DNA of 64,000 nucleotides. It comes from Candidatus Avelusimicrobium sp. (GTDB lineage: Bacteria > Elusimicrobiota > Elusimicrobia > Elusimicrobiales > Elusimicrobiaceae). The position numbers and the translations under genes are program-made. Of this stretch, positions 10,400 to 21,104 are shown in pieces (the stretch's first letter is position 1; every line of letters begins with the position of its first letter). The stretch lies in the NCBI GenBank assembly GCA_045593365.1, contig JAZNWO010000060.1, forward strand, positions 3,350 through 67,349. The letters run 5' to 3'. Under the pieces are notes generated by a model, which did not search any database, was not told where the DNA came from, and saw nothing but the letters and a program-made list of their open reading frames with translations.

Positions 10400-10957
10400 T
10401 TAGTCTATGTAGTAAAAGAAAGAATCGTTTGAAGTGGGCTTTCCACCTAAACTGCGGCAAATTTGATGGGATACTGTAGCAAAAGATTCCGTCGGTATAA
10501 ATATTCCCCCGCACAACATGGAATGTCGCTCTAAATTATTTCCGGTAGGATCTACTTTTGCATTGAAGAAAAGTATAAAAGGTGAAGACCAACCTTTTTC
10601 CTTGAGCGAAAGACTCACAAAACGGCAATTCGTAGGCTCCGTCGATCCATCGGCACAATGGATGCCCAAGTTGCCATTTTCGTACCAAGCCCATTGTTCC
10701 TGCAATTCTTCTGAAAAGTAGCTTTTATATTGAAAGCGATCCGGAATCAACTCTTTCAATTGCGCATTGGTCGGGTAGTAGCCATTAACGTCATAAAACA
10801 ATTGGACTTGCTGTGCGATGTTGCGCCCCAACGGCAGCAACTTGGCTACCCGCGCACGCCACACGGCCACGCGGTATTGCGGATACGAAACTGCCGCCAA
10901 AATGCCGATTATCAGCACCACTACCAGCATTTCAAGCAACGTAAAAGCTCTTTTCAT
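10400..10957 (-). CDS. Type IV pilin-like protein (no poly-T promoter)
   Basis: [28 protein letters not shown] motif. Confidence 0.9.
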   Translation of the reverse strand: MKRAFTLLEMLVVVLIIGILAAVSYPQYRVAVWRARVAKLLPLGRNIAQQVQLFYDVNGYYPTNAQLKELIPDRFQYKSYFSEELQEQWAWYENGNLGIHCADGSTEPTNCRFVSLSLKEKGWSSPFILFFNAKVDPTGNNLERHSMLCGGIFIPTESFATVSHQICRSLGGKPTSNDSFFYYID

Positions 10958-11025
10958 AGGCCTATTATAACAAATTATACGGACTTTTCCCCCTATTTTA
11001 TCCCCAAAATGTTAAAATAAAATGT

Positions 11026-13539
11026 ATGAGTATTGATAATTTTCAAGAGATTGATAAAAAGCAACAAGCCCGCTGGGAAAAGGAAAATCTTTTTGCCAGC
11101 CCCCGTCTGCCAAAAGACAAAAAGTTTTATTGTTTAGATATGTTTCCGTATCCGTCAGGTGCGGGTCTGCACGTAGGCCATCCGGAAGGTTATACCGCAT
11201 CCGATATTTTAACGCGCTATAAACTAATGAGTGGGTTTGATGTGCTGCATCCCATGGGCTGGGACGCCTTCGGTTTGCCCGCCGAAAACTACGCCATTGC
11301 CACCGGGATTCACCCGGCTATCACTACTCAAAAAAACATAGACAATTTCCGCCGTCAAATTAAATCTCTTGGGCTAGCGTACGATTGGAACCGCGAAATC
11401 AATACCACCGACCCGGATTATTACAAATGGACCCAATGGATTTTCTTGCAACTGTTCAAAAAAGGTCTTGCCTATGAATCCACCGTGCCTATAAACTGGT
11501 GTCCGTCGTGTAAAACCGGGCTTGCCAATGAAGAAGTGTTTAACGGTAAATGCGAGCGCTGCGGCCACCCGATTGAACGCAAAATGCTGCGCCAATGGAT
11601 TTTGAAAATTACCACCTATGCCGAACGCCTTTTGCAAGATTTAGACGGGCTAGATTGGCCTGAAAGTACGCTCCTAATGCAAAAAAACTGGATTGGCAAG
11701 AGCCAAGGGGCAGAGGTAACGTTTGGGCTGGATGGCAGTAATGAAAAATTAACCGTTTTTACTACTCGTCCCGATACGCTGTTCGGAGCGACCTATATGG
11801 TCGTGTCGCCGGAACATCCGGCCTTGGCTCATATCGTAACCGACGCACAAAAAGAAGCAGTCAAAAATTATCAGGCCGCCGCCGCTAACAAGAGCGATTT
11901 GGAGCGCGCTGACTTGAATAAGGATAAAACAGGTGTGTTTACCGGTGCTTATGCCATTAATCCCGTCAACGGCAAAAAAATCCCAGTATGGACGTCTGAT
12001 TATGTGCTGATGGGTTACGGTACGGGCGCGATTATGGCCGTACCCGCACACGATGAGCGCGACTATGCCTTTGCCAAAAAATTTGGTTTGGAAATCATTG
12101 AAGTTATCAAAAGCGAACAGGGCGTGGCCGATGCCGCTTTTACGGGCGACGGTGAACTGATTAATTCCGGCTTTTTAAACGGTCTGCACGTGCAAGACAG
12201 CAAGGCCAAAATGATTGCGTGGCTGACCGAAAAGGGCCTGGGTAATGCCAAAACTACCTACAAGTTACGTGATTGGGTATTTGCCCGCCAACGCTATTGG
12301 GGTGAGCCTATCCCCCTCGTGCATTGTGACAAATGCGGTGTAGTGCCATTACCGGAAGAGCAATTACCGTTGCGCCTGCCCGAAATGAAGAATTTTGAGC
12401 CGTCCGGCACAGGTGAATCGCCACTGGCAAACGCAACCGAATGGTTGCATACCACATGTCCACAATGCGGCGGTCCGGCCTTGCGTGAAACTAACACCAT
12501 GCCCCAATGGGCAGGCTCTTGTTGGTATTATCTGCGTTATATGGACCCGCATAACGATAAGGCTCTCATTGACCCGGAAATTGAAAAAGCATACGGCCCG
12601 GTGGATTGCTACATCGGCGGGGCAGAACACGCCGTACTGCATTTACTGTATGCGCGCTTTTGGCACAAAGTGCTGTATGATTTGGGAGTAGTACACACTA
12701 AAGAGCCGTTTCAAAAATTGCGCCACCAGGGAATGATTTTAGCTTTTTCGTACCGCGATAAATTAGGCGCCTATCACGGTTATGAGGAAATAGATTTCAA
12801 AGACGGTAAAGCCTTCTTAAAAACTACCAAAGAGGAATTATCCCCCATGGTAGAAAAGATGTCCAAATCCAAAAAGAATGTCATTAATCCAGACGACATT
12901 TTAAAAGATTATGGTGCCGATGCTTTCCGTATGTATGAAATGTTTATGGGGCCGTTTGAGGCTAGCAAGCCCTGGGATATGAAAGGCATTGAAGGAATTA
13001 GCCGCTTTTTAAAACGCATTACCGGTTGGAACGAAAGCGTCAAATTAACCACAGCAACCAATCCCAAGGAAATTGAAATTTTGAAGCATAAAACTATTGC
13101 CAAAGTGACAGACGATATTGAAAACTTACGTTTCAATACGGCTATTTCGGCTCTTATGGTACTGTTTAACGAAATCAGCAAACTAGATGCCGTGGATCAA
13201 GATACGTTTGATACTTTTCTTAAACTCTTGCATCCGTTTGCCCCGCACTTGACAGAGGAAATTTGGCAAACTAGCGGACGTCCGGACTTTTTAGTTAAAC
13301 AGCCCTGGCCCGTTGCTGACAATAGTTTAATTGCCCAAGAAATGATTGAAATCGGCGTACAGGTCAACGGGAAAGTGCGTGACCGTATCAAAATAATCGC
13401 TACCGCTTCTAAAGAAGAGCTGGAACAAGCTGCTCGTAACAGCGAAAAAATCCAGCGCTATTTAGACGGCTGCGAAGTAAAAAAAGTTATTATTGTGCCG
13501 GGCCGCATTGTGAATTTCATCGCAGCCCCCAAAAAATAG
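11026..13539 (+). CDS. leuS: Leucine--tRNA ligase
   Basis: [14 protein letters not shown] (HIGH) and KMSKS motifs, CP1 editing domain TTRPDT. Confidence 0.98.
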   Translation: MSIDNFQEIDKKQQARWEKENLFASPRLPKDKKFYCLDMFPYPSGAGLHVGHPEGYTASDILTRYKLMSGFDVLHPMGWDAFGLPAENYAIATGIHPAITTQKNIDNFRRQIKSLGLAYDWNREINTTDPDYYKWTQWIFLQLFKKGLAYESTVPINWCPSCKTGLANEEVFNGKCERCGHPIERKMLRQWILKITTYAERLLQDLDGLDWPESTLLMQKNWIGKSQGAEVTFGLDGSNEKLTVFTTRPDTLFGATYMVVSPEHPALAHIVTDAQKEAVKNYQAAAANKSDLERADLNKDKTGVFTGAYAINPVNGKKIPVWTSDYVLMGYGTGAIMAVPAHDERDYAFAKKFGLEIIEVIKSEQGVADAAFTGDGELINSGFLNGLHVQDSKAKMIAWLTEKGLGNAKTTYKLRDWVFARQRYWGEPIPLVHCDKCGVVPLPEEQLPLRLPEMKNFEPSGTGESPLANATEWLHTTCPQCGGPALRETNTMPQWAGSCWYYLRYMDPHNDKALIDPEIEKAYGPVDCYIGGAEHAVLHLLYARFWHKVLYDLGVVHTKEPFQKLRHQGMILAFSYRDKLGAYHGYEEIDFKDGKAFLKTTKEELSPMVEKMSKSKKNVINPDDILKDYGADAFRMYEMFMGPFEASKPWDMKGIEGISRFLKRITGWNESVKLTTATNPKEIEILKHKTIAKVTDDIENLRFNTAISALMVLFNEISKLDAVDQDTFDTFLKLLHPFAPHLTEEIWQTSGRPDFLVKQPWPVADNSLIAQEMIEIGVQVNGKVRDRIKIIATASKEELEQAARNSEKIQRYLDGCEVKKVIIVPGRIVNFIAAPKK

Positions 13540-13546
13540 GAGAATT

Positions 13547-14128
13547 ATGAAGAAAATACTTGCTGCAATATGCTGCACACTTTGCTTGGCTGCTTGTGGC
13601 AGCGAAGGATCTTTTTATCGTCCGCAAGCGCAAATCATGCCACAACACATCCGCAAAGTAGCTATCCGCCCGATATTAAACAAGACGGAAATCTTTGCTA
13701 TGGAAGATAAACTATATTTGCAATTGTACGATGAATTTCTGAAAAACGGTACGTACCAAATTGTCAGTGAAAATAACGGCGCTGAAGGAGTCATTGTAAC
13801 GACTATTACCCGCTATTTAAACGTACCTGTCCAATACGACAGCCAGCTCATCCCAACCGTCTACAAAATGGACGTATGGCTGGATATCGTGCTGATAGAT
13901 AAAACCACCAATCAGCCTGTCTGGCGTGAGCCGGCTTTCCTGGGTACACAAACTTATTCTGCCTCAACCTTACCCGGCGGAATAACCGAGCAACAGGCCC
14001 GGGAACTGATTTGGCAGAAACTTTCTAAGGATATTGTGAAACGTACGGTAGACGGGTTTGGCTCTGTGATGAGCGAGGACAAACGCAAGGTAATGCAAAA
14101 CCCTGAGTACACCACCATCACACAATAA
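13547..14128 (+). CDS. lptE: LptE-family lipoprotein
   Basis: Lipobox LAAC; conserved leuS-lptE-holA gene order. Confidence 0.75.
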   Translation: MKKILAAICCTLCLAACGSEGSFYRPQAQIMPQHIRKVAIRPILNKTEIFAMEDKLYLQLYDEFLKNGTYQIVSENNGAEGVIVTTITRYLNVPVQYDSQLIPTVYKMDVWLDIVLIDKTTNQPVWREPAFLGTQTYSASTLPGGITEQQARELIWQKLSKDIVKRTVDGFGSVMSEDKRKVMQNPEYTTITQ

Positions 14129-14129
14129 T

Positions 14130-15146
14130 ATGGCTAAATCCACCGCTGATAAAATTGCCAAAACACTTGAAAAAGGAAAAATATCCCCGGTTTATTTGCT
14201 AACCGGGGAGGATTTGTTCCGCAAGAAGGAATTAATCGGTAAAATTACAGCGGCAGTTCACCCGGATGATTTTAATATTTTTTCCTCTTCCGCCGACCAA
14301 GCAGATATGGGCGAAGTGCTAGCACTAGCTAACACGGCACCTGTCTTTTCAGAACGCCGCTTAGTGATATTAACTGGCATTGAGAAATTGCGCAAAAATT
14401 CAAAAGAGGCTCTGCTGCATTATTTAGAAAATCCACTAGAAACTACGGTGTTAATTCTTACGCACAACGATAACAAGAAATTTAAAACGGAAAAGTCACT
14501 GGCGGCCCTGGCAGCCGAACACGGCGAGATGGCTAATTTAGATGAATTAAAGCGACAGGAACTTTCCTTATGGGTCAGTGCACGTTTTCAAACGCAGGGA
14601 ATGAATGCAGGATATGAGGCCGTGGAAACCTTGTGTGAAATTGTCGGCGGGGATTTAAACGCTTTATCACAAGAGATAGAAAAACTGGCCCTGTATACCG
14701 CCGGGCGCAGCAAAAAAGATATTTCTAAAGAGGACATTTTGGTATGCGTTGGATTTTCAAAAGAAGAAAACCCGTTTGAACTTTCAAATGCTGTGCAAAA
14801 TATGAACAAAAAGAAAGCCTTGGCTATGGCGGACAAATTATTAAACAGCGGAGAGGAACCCGTTGCCGTACTTGGCAAAATTTCATATCCGGTACTTAAA
14901 ATGGCACGGGTCAAATATTTGCTCACCGCCGGCGTGCCCAGTGCCGATATTTTGCATACGGCCGGTCTGTCTTTTTGGGAAACGTCTTTTCTTAATAATG
15001 CGCGGCACTATCCGTCTAAAGAGATTTTCCTAAAGACCTTGGACCGCATTATTGAAGCTGACAAGGCACTCAAAACCTCCACCGCCTCCGACCCCAAAAC
15101 ACTGATTAAAGGGGTTTTAATGACCTTGCTTGCAGGAAATAAATAA
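14130..15146 (+). CDS. holA: DNA polymerase III delta subunit
   Basis: PVYLLTGED, ANTAPVFSERRLV and LSQEIEKLALY motifs; synteny. Confidence 0.9.
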   Translation: MAKSTADKIAKTLEKGKISPVYLLTGEDLFRKKELIGKITAAVHPDDFNIFSSSADQADMGEVLALANTAPVFSERRLVILTGIEKLRKNSKEALLHYLENPLETTVLILTHNDNKKFKTEKSLAALAAEHGEMANLDELKRQELSLWVSARFQTQGMNAGYEAVETLCEIVGGDLNALSQEIEKLALYTAGRSKKDISKEDILVCVGFSKEENPFELSNAVQNMNKKKALAMADKLLNSGEEPVAVLGKISYPVLKMARVKYLLTAGVPSADILHTAGLSFWETSFLNNARHYPSKEIFLKTLDRIIEADKALKTSTASDPKTLIKGVLMTLLAGNK

Positions 15147-15305
15147 TTTTTCCTTCCTTTAAATAATTTACAAATTCTCCTTGCTTACAAGCCGTTTTTT
15201 ATTATTTTCCACCTAAGAAAGACAAATAAATAAGCGTCCATCCTAAGATACTGTTATACTCAGACTATATTTAAGCGTAAAAGTTGGAAAAAGTGAAGGT
15301 AGGCC

Positions 15306-15333
15306 TTGACTCGTTTTTTTTTTTTGCTAAATT
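15306..15333 (+). promoter_or_regulatory. Poly-T spacer promoter P2: TTGACT-CG-T12-GC-TAAATT (16-bp spacer)
   Basis: Read directly. Confidence 0.8.
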
Positions 15334-15415
15334 ATACTTAGGTGTTGGTTGTAAGATATTATTTGTTAACTTAACTTGCGACTAGTCGCAAGGTTACAAA
15401 AAGACAGGAGACAAT

Positions 15416-16093
15416 ATGAAAGAAATAATAAACAAAATCATAAATAAGGTCCATCCTGAGGGATCGTTACTCAGGATCTACAACTTCCTGGGCAGTTGCC
15501 TCTTTGACAGGACAGCACAAAAGCAAGAGACCCTGAATAACAACCCTTCAGGGTGGACTTCTTTTTTAGGTGTGCGGGCATTTACACTCATTGAACTACT
15601 CGTCGTAGTCCTTATTATCGGCATACTGGCTGCTATTGCCCTGCCGCAATATCAAAAAGCAGTATATAAAAGCAGATACGCAACTATAAAATCATTAGTG
15701 CGCAGTATAGCCGACGCACAAGAAGTTTACTACTTGGCAAACGATAGATATGCAGCCTCTTTTGATGACTTGGATATAGATACTCCCGGAGGTTGGAGTG
15801 TGCCAGAGGAGAAAGAAGTAGATAAAGACACACGCCAATTTTCTTGGGGAAAATGTGGACTGGAAACTGCTGTAGCAAACTGTAGCATACCAACTTCAAA
15901 CAGTTATTTGGAATATAACATTTTCTTATCCAAGGCAGAAAATGTACTGGCAAACTATCGGGGAAAAAGTGTTTGTCTAGCCGGAAACGATGATTTAACT
16001 TCTGTTGAAAATCAAATCTGCAAAGCCGAGACTCAACTGTCCAGTCCCTCTTACACGGCTGGCGGACACGCAGTATGGAGATATGACAACTAA
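15416..16093 (+). CDS. Type IV pilin-like prepilin with 55-aa REP-derived leader
   Basis: [25 protein letters not shown]; ACAGGAG RBS. Confidence 0.9.
   Translation: MKEIINKIINKVHPEGSLLRIYNFLGSCLFDRTAQKQETLNNNPSGWTSFLGVRAFTLIELLVVVLIIGILAAIALPQYQKAVYKSRYATIKSLVRSIADAQEVYYLANDRYAASFDDLDIDTPGGWSVPEEKEVDKDTRQFSWGKCGLETAVANCSIPTSNSYLEYNIFLSKAENVLANYRGKSVCLAGNDDLTSVENQICKAETQLSSPSYTAGGHAVWRYDN
15449..15558. repeat. GTCCA..TGGAC palindromic doublet inside the prepilin leader
   Basis: GTCCATCCTGAG..CTCAGGATCT ... AGACCCTGAA..TTCAGGGTGGAC, 110 bp; second copy at 23950-24059. Confidence 0.8.
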
Positions 16094-16274
16094 CTATATC
16101 CCGCACAGAAACCATGTGGGATAACGGTGGAACAGACAGAATTTACTTACCGTACCGCGCACGCGAAGCGAATGTGCGTTGGCTATTCTGATTTTTCATG
16201 CCGTTCAGCAAAGCGCGGTATTGCGAAACATTATATGATTTTTCAAAACCGCTTTTAGTTGGCGGGATATAGTT
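16092..16274. mobile_element. MITE-like or structured element with 13-bp terminal inverted repeats
   Basis: AACTATATCCCGC (16092-16104) and GCGGGATATAGTT (16262-16274); internal 8-bp stem TACCGCGC/GCGCGGTA; no coding capacity. Confidence 0.35.
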
Positions 16275-16360
16275 GCCCGTATGGGCGTAGCATAAGCTAC
16301 GTCAAGGGCAAGAGACCGCCAAATAAACAGGTTTTGGAAAATTGTTTATCCTAAAAAGCA

Positions 16361-16391
16361 AGACGGAACAAATCGTTGATTTGTTCCGTCT
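16361..16391 (-). terminator. Intrinsic terminator of the hyd operon
   Basis: 13-bp stem AGACGGAACAAAT/ATTTGTTCCGTCT, followed by a T-run on the minus strand. Confidence 0.75.
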
Positions 16392-16420
16392 GCGAAAAAC
16401 TACAGTAGCACCAGCAGTTT

Positions 16421-18154
16421 TTAATTCTGCTCTTTCTGCGATTTGTAGTGCGTGTGCAGTAGCTTATGCGCCACCGGCCCGCCAATCTTGTCTAATACCT
16501 TTCCATACAACGCCATCACGTCTTTGTTGTCTTGGGACTTGTAATCCAGTTTGGCATCGTCTGCATACAAACCTTTGGCACGCTGTTTGCGGATTTTCCA
16601 TCCTTCGTATTGCGGCTGGCCCGCACCCGCCACACAACCGCCCGGGCAAGACATGACTTCAATAAAGTCATAATGCGCTTTGCCCGCTTTGACATCTTCT
16701 AACAGTTTGCGTGCATTGCGCAGACCGCTTGTAACCGCCACGCGTACCGTAATGTCGCCCACTTTCAGTTCGGCCTCGCGGAACTCTTTGGTTTCGCGCA
16801 AGGTTTCAAAAATGACTCTGCCGTTACGTTTGGGGTCTAATTCTGCCGCCGCAAAACGCAAAGCCGCTTCCATTACGCCGCCGGACGCACCGAAAATCAC
16901 GCCGCCGCCGGTTTTAGTACCAAACGGAGCATCAAACTGCTCGTCGGGCAAATTGGCAAAATCAATACCTGCGGCTTTAATCATGTTTGCCAAACCCACG
17001 GTCGTGACAACGTGGTCTGTATCCGGGTTGTCGTTGACATAGAATTTGTCCAGTTTAGCTTCCATTTTCTTGGCGGTGCAGGGCATAATCGCAACAACCA
17101 CAAGGTCCTCGCGTTTGCCGCCGCGTTGCTCAAAATCAGCCTTGAGCACCGGGCCCATCATCTGCATCGGAGAGCGCGCAGAAGACAAGTTCGGAATAAA
17201 TTCCGGCACAAATTTTTCCACATAATTGACCCACGCCGGGCAGCAGCTGGTCAGTTGCGGCAGGTGGTCTTTTTCGGTAAAGCGGCGGATAAATTCGCTC
17301 GCTTCCTCCACGATAGTTAAGTCAGCCGCAAAAGACGTATCGTACACATAGTCAAAACCCAGCATACGCAAAGCCGCGGCAATTTTGCCGTCTACGGAAA
17401 TGCCCGGTTTAATACCGAAAATTTCGCCTAAACCCACGCGTACCGCCGGAGCAATATGCACGGCCACTTTTTTGGTCGGGTGATTAATGGCTTGTTGCAC
17501 GAGTTCAATTTCTTGGGAGTTGGGCATCAAAGCACCAACGGGACAAACGCGGGCGCATTGGCCACAGCCCACGCATTCTTTACTCTCGCCCATATTTTTG
17601 TTAAAAGCGGTAGCAATTTTGGCTTTGTAGCCGCGAAACGCAAAATCAATTGCTCCGATACCTTGCACCTCGTTACAGGTGCGTACGCAGTTACCGCACA
17701 AAATACATTTACTGCTGTCGCGCACTAAAGCGGCAGAAGTATTGTCCAGTTGCGTGGTGGTCACTTTGCGTTTGAAGCGGATATCGGTAATGCCCATATC
17801 TTTGGCAAGTTTCTGCAGTTTGCAGTTGCCGGATTTTCCGCACAAAGTACATTCGTGATTACCCGACGCCAGCAAAAGTTCCAAGTTCATGCGGCGCAGT
17901 TTACGCACTTCGTCGGTATTGATATGCACTACCATACCGTCTTTGGGTTTTACGGTGCAAGTGGCCAAAATGCCCATGCCTTCTACTTCTGCTAGGCACA
18001 AGCGGCACGCACCGTAAATTTCCAATTCCGGTTGGTAGCAGAACGTCACCATATTAAAACCGGCTTTGCGGATTAATTCCAGCAAATTGCGTTCGCCTTC
18101 AATGGCTACTTTTTTACCTTCAATGGTTACAAATCCTAGTTCTTTCTTTTCCAT
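16421..18154 (-). CDS. hydA: [FeFe]-hydrogenase catalytic subunit (group A3, electron-bifurcating)
   Basis: H-cluster motifs TSCCPAW, MPCTAKKME and EVMSCPGGCVAGAGQP; N-terminal 2Fe-2S and 4Fe-4S clusters. Confidence 0.95.
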   Translation of the reverse strand: MEKKELGFVTIEGKKVAIEGERNLLELIRKAGFNMVTFCYQPELEIYGACRLCLAEVEGMGILATCTVKPKDGMVVHINTDEVRKLRRMNLELLLASGNHECTLCGKSGNCKLQKLAKDMGITDIRFKRKVTTTQLDNTSAALVRDSSKCILCGNCVRTCNEVQGIGAIDFAFRGYKAKIATAFNKNMGESKECVGCGQCARVCPVGALMPNSQEIELVQQAINHPTKKVAVHIAPAVRVGLGEIFGIKPGISVDGKIAAALRMLGFDYVYDTSFAADLTIVEEASEFIRRFTEKDHLPQLTSCCPAWVNYVEKFVPEFIPNLSSARSPMQMMGPVLKADFEQRGGKREDLVVVAIMPCTAKKMEAKLDKFYVNDNPDTDHVVTTVGLANMIKAAGIDFANLPDEQFDAPFGTKTGGGVIFGASGGVMEAALRFAAAELDPKRNGRVIFETLRETKEFREAELKVGDITVRVAVTSGLRNARKLLEDVKAGKAHYDFIEVMSCPGGCVAGAGQPQYEGWKIRKQRAKGLYADDAKLDYKSQDNKDVMALYGKVLDKIGGPVAHKLLHTHYKSQKEQN

Positions 18155-18163
18155 AAATCGCTC

Positions 18164-20041
18164 CTAGCGTGTCACCGCACCGAATTTACAAGTGCGTGCG
18201 CAGGCGCCGCATTTGATACATTTTTTGGGGTCAATTTGATGGGGTTTGCCCACCTCGCCCGAGATTGCTTGCACCGGGCAAGCTTTTTTGCACATACCGC
18301 AGCCTTTGCATTTGGCCGCGTCAATGCGGTATTTGGACAAAGCCTTACAAACACCCGCGGGGCATTCTTTCTTTTGGACGTGTGCCAAATACTCATCGCG
18401 GAAGTATTTTAAGGTAGAGAGCACCGGGTTCGGCGCAGTTTTACCCAAGGCACACAGGGAAGATTTTTGTACGGATTTGGCGAGTTCTTCCAAGGTTTCC
18501 AAGGTTTTCATGGTACCGCGGCCTTCGGTAATATCAGTCAGCAGGGAAAGCATTTGATCCGTACCTTCGCGGCAGGGAACGCATTTACCACAAGACTCGC
18601 GTTTGGTAAATTCCAAGAAGAAGCGCGCCACGTTTACCATACAGGTATGTTCGTTCATGACCACCAAACCGCCCGAACCAATCATGGCACCCACAGATTT
18701 CAAGGAGTCAAAATCAAGCGGCACATCTAAATGTTCTTTAGTCAAGCAACCGCCGGAAGGACCGCCGATTTGCGCGGCTTTGAACGCGGCTTTATTGACG
18801 GTACCGTCATTGTTGGTAGTTCCGCCCGCCACTTCGTCAATCACTTGGCGCAAGGTCGTACCCATAGGTACTTCCACAAGACCCGTATTGGCCACGTGTC
18901 CGGTCACGGCAAAGGTTTTGGTTCCCGGGCTGGTTTTCGGACCAATCGCGGCAAACTTTTCCGCACCCATTTCCATGACTTTTGCCACGGTGGCTAACGT
19001 TTCTACGTTGTTAATAACCGTCGGTTTACCAAACAAACCGCTTTGGCTCGGGAACGGCGGTTTGACTTTAGGCATACCGCGTTTTCCTTCCACAGACGCG
19101 ATTAAAGCAGTTTCCTCGCCGCACACAAACGCGCCCGCACCTTCCATGACGTTAATTTTGAAATTCTTGCCAGAGCCGAAAATGTTTTCGCCTAAAAGGC
19201 CCAATTCTTCGGCTTGTTTGATAGCTTTGCGCATACGCACCACGGCCAGCGGATATTCCATACGTACATAGACGTATCCTTCATCTGCACCGATAGCGCG
19301 CGCGGCAATCATCATACCTTCAATGACGGCATTGGGGTTACCTTCCATAACACTGCGGTCCATAAAAGCGCCCGGGTCCCCCTCGTCAGCGTTGCAGATA
19401 ACGTATTTTTTCGGACCTTTTTCAATGCGTGTAAAATCCCATTTTTTACCCGTCGGAAAGCCGCCGCCACCGCGTCCACGTAAGCCAGATTTAATCATCT
19501 CTTGGCAGACTTGCTCATCGGTCATTTCCAAATAAGCACGTTTGGCTTGGGCATACCCGCCGTGTGCAATATATTCATTGATGTCTTCGGGATTAATGCG
19601 GCCGCAGTCGTGCAGTAAAATACGTTCTTGTTTAGAATAGAACGGGATTTCGGCAGTCGTTTTGAAATGCGCTTTGGTAGACGGCTCGGTATACAACAAG
19701 CGATCCACTACTTCGCCTTTCATGACGGTCTTTTCCACGATTTCCGGCACATCTTCCGGTTTTACGTGCGTATAGAAAATATCGTTTACGCTCACCAGCG
19801 GACCGGCCGCACAGAAACCGCGGCATCCGCTTATGCTTAAATAATTTTCATGGCAGCCTTTGGTGATGTTTAAACAGTAGCCAATATTGTGTTTTTTAAA
19901 TTCAGCTTCAAAAGCATCATATACTTTCATACTGCCGCCGGCCATACAGCCCGTACCGCCGCAAATCGTTACGCGGCCGGTTATATTTTTATAGGCCTCG
20001 TTGTAATCTTTCTTAATTTGTTCAATGGATTTATTTGGCAT
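18164..20041 (-). CDS. hydB: NuoF-like NADH/FMN-binding hydrogenase subunit
   Basis: SGLRGRGGGGFPTG, NADEGDPG and ESCGKCVPCREG motifs; C-terminal 2x4Fe-4S. Confidence 0.93.
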   Translation of the reverse strand: MPNKSIEQIKKDYNEAYKNITGRVTICGGTGCMAGGSMKVYDAFEAEFKKHNIGYCLNITKGCHENYLSISGCRGFCAAGPLVSVNDIFYTHVKPEDVPEIVEKTVMKGEVVDRLLYTEPSTKAHFKTTAEIPFYSKQERILLHDCGRINPEDINEYIAHGGYAQAKRAYLEMTDEQVCQEMIKSGLRGRGGGGFPTGKKWDFTRIEKGPKKYVICNADEGDPGAFMDRSVMEGNPNAVIEGMMIAARAIGADEGYVYVRMEYPLAVVRMRKAIKQAEELGLLGENIFGSGKNFKINVMEGAGAFVCGEETALIASVEGKRGMPKVKPPFPSQSGLFGKPTVINNVETLATVAKVMEMGAEKFAAIGPKTSPGTKTFAVTGHVANTGLVEVPMGTTLRQVIDEVAGGTTNNDGTVNKAAFKAAQIGGPSGGCLTKEHLDVPLDFDSLKSVGAMIGSGGLVVMNEHTCMVNVARFFLEFTKRESCGKCVPCREGTDQMLSLLTDITEGRGTMKTLETLEELAKSVQKSSLCALGKTAPNPVLSTLKYFRDEYLAHVQKKECPAGVCKALSKYRIDAAKCKGCGMCKKACPVQAISGEVGKPHQIDPKKCIKCGACARTCKFGAVTR

Positions 20042-20516
20042 TTTTGGCCTCCGCGGCGATTACTTCGTCAATATATTTAGAAACCAGTTCCGGCGTGCAT
20101 TGGCCATGTACGGTCTCGTCAATCACCATAACAGGAGCAAGCCCGCACGCACCCAAACAAGATACACACTCTAGCGTAAACATACCGTCGGCAGTTGTTT
20201 CCTGGTTACCTGTCAATTTAAGTTTGGCCTTGACCGCATTAATTAAGTTAGCAGAACCTTTTACGTGGCAAGCCGTACCGTTACAAACTTTTACAATATG
20301 TTTACCTTTAGGTGTAATAGCAAAGTGTGCAAAGAAAGTTGCCACACCGAATACTTTGGCCGGAGAAATGTTGAGTTTATCGGCAATATGGCGCATGACA
20401 TCTTCCGGCAAATAGCGGTAGATTTCCTGCACTTGTTGTAGAATGGGAATAAGCTTAGCGGCATCGTAGCCGTGCTCTTCCAGTATTTTGTCCGTAGGGG
20501 CAAATTTTTCTGTCAT
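20031..20516 (-). CDS. hydC: NuoE-like 2Fe-2S hydrogenase subunit
   Basis: VCNGTACHVKG and CLGACGLAP motifs. Confidence 0.93.
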   Translation of the reverse strand: MTEKFAPTDKILEEHGYDAAKLIPILQQVQEIYRYLPEDVMRHIADKLNISPAKVFGVATFFAHFAITPKGKHIVKVCNGTACHVKGSANLINAVKAKLKLTGNQETTADGMFTLECVSCLGACGLAPVMVIDETVHGQCTPELVSKYIDEVIAAEAKNAK

Positions 20517-20630
20517 GGAAAGTCTCCTTAGAATAATTACAAAACAGGCTGCTCAATTGGCTGTGGGAAAAACAACTTTTCCGTTACATAACGTAACCTG
20601 TCGGTTATGCTATATAACCCCTCCGTTATA

Positions 20631-21056
20631 TTATATATAATTTGACAGGCGTACGGAAGCACAAAGCTTTTGGCCGACTAGGGAACCCTCCTCATATTCA
20701 CAGGCAATAGCCCCCGTATCTAAGCTAACCGTAAACCATTGCGGATATTTTGTGCTTTGTGCCTGTAGTTGTTGGGCTTCCTTGAGTTGAAAGGTATAAC
20801 CCGGGCAAGCAAGTGCACTGTGCCCGTCCAGCACTGTTTCCGTGCAAGAGGTTTGAGGTAAGAAACTGGCAAAATCAGCTGTATAGTAACCGTTTTTTTC
20901 AAAAAAGGTTTGCTCTGCACGCGCTAACCCGCGCGCAGTTTGTGCTGCTTGGCGGGCATGGCGTTCATCTATATGACGACGAACTGCCGGCAAAGCTAAT
21001 CCTAACCCAAATCCGGCCAACAAAATAACAATTAACATAACCCGGTGTAAACTCAT
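20631..21056 (-). CDS. Atypical pilin-like protein lacking the canonical G/F methylation motif
   Basis: N-terminal hydrophobic helix followed by LARAEQTFFEKNGYYTADF, matching the pilin alpha-1 end seen in the paralogues; C-terminal Cys pairs. Confidence 0.6.
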   Translation of the reverse strand: MSLHRVMLIVILLAGFGLGLALPAVRRHIDERHARQAAQTARGLARAEQTFFEKNGYYTADFASFLPQTSCTETVLDGHSALACPGYTFQLKEAQQLQAQSTKYPQWFTVSLDTGAIACEYEEGSLVGQKLCASVRLSNYI

Positions 21057-21104
21057 ATAGCTGCTTGCTCCTGTCCTATTTTATTGTACTAAATCTGTCC
21101 GTCT

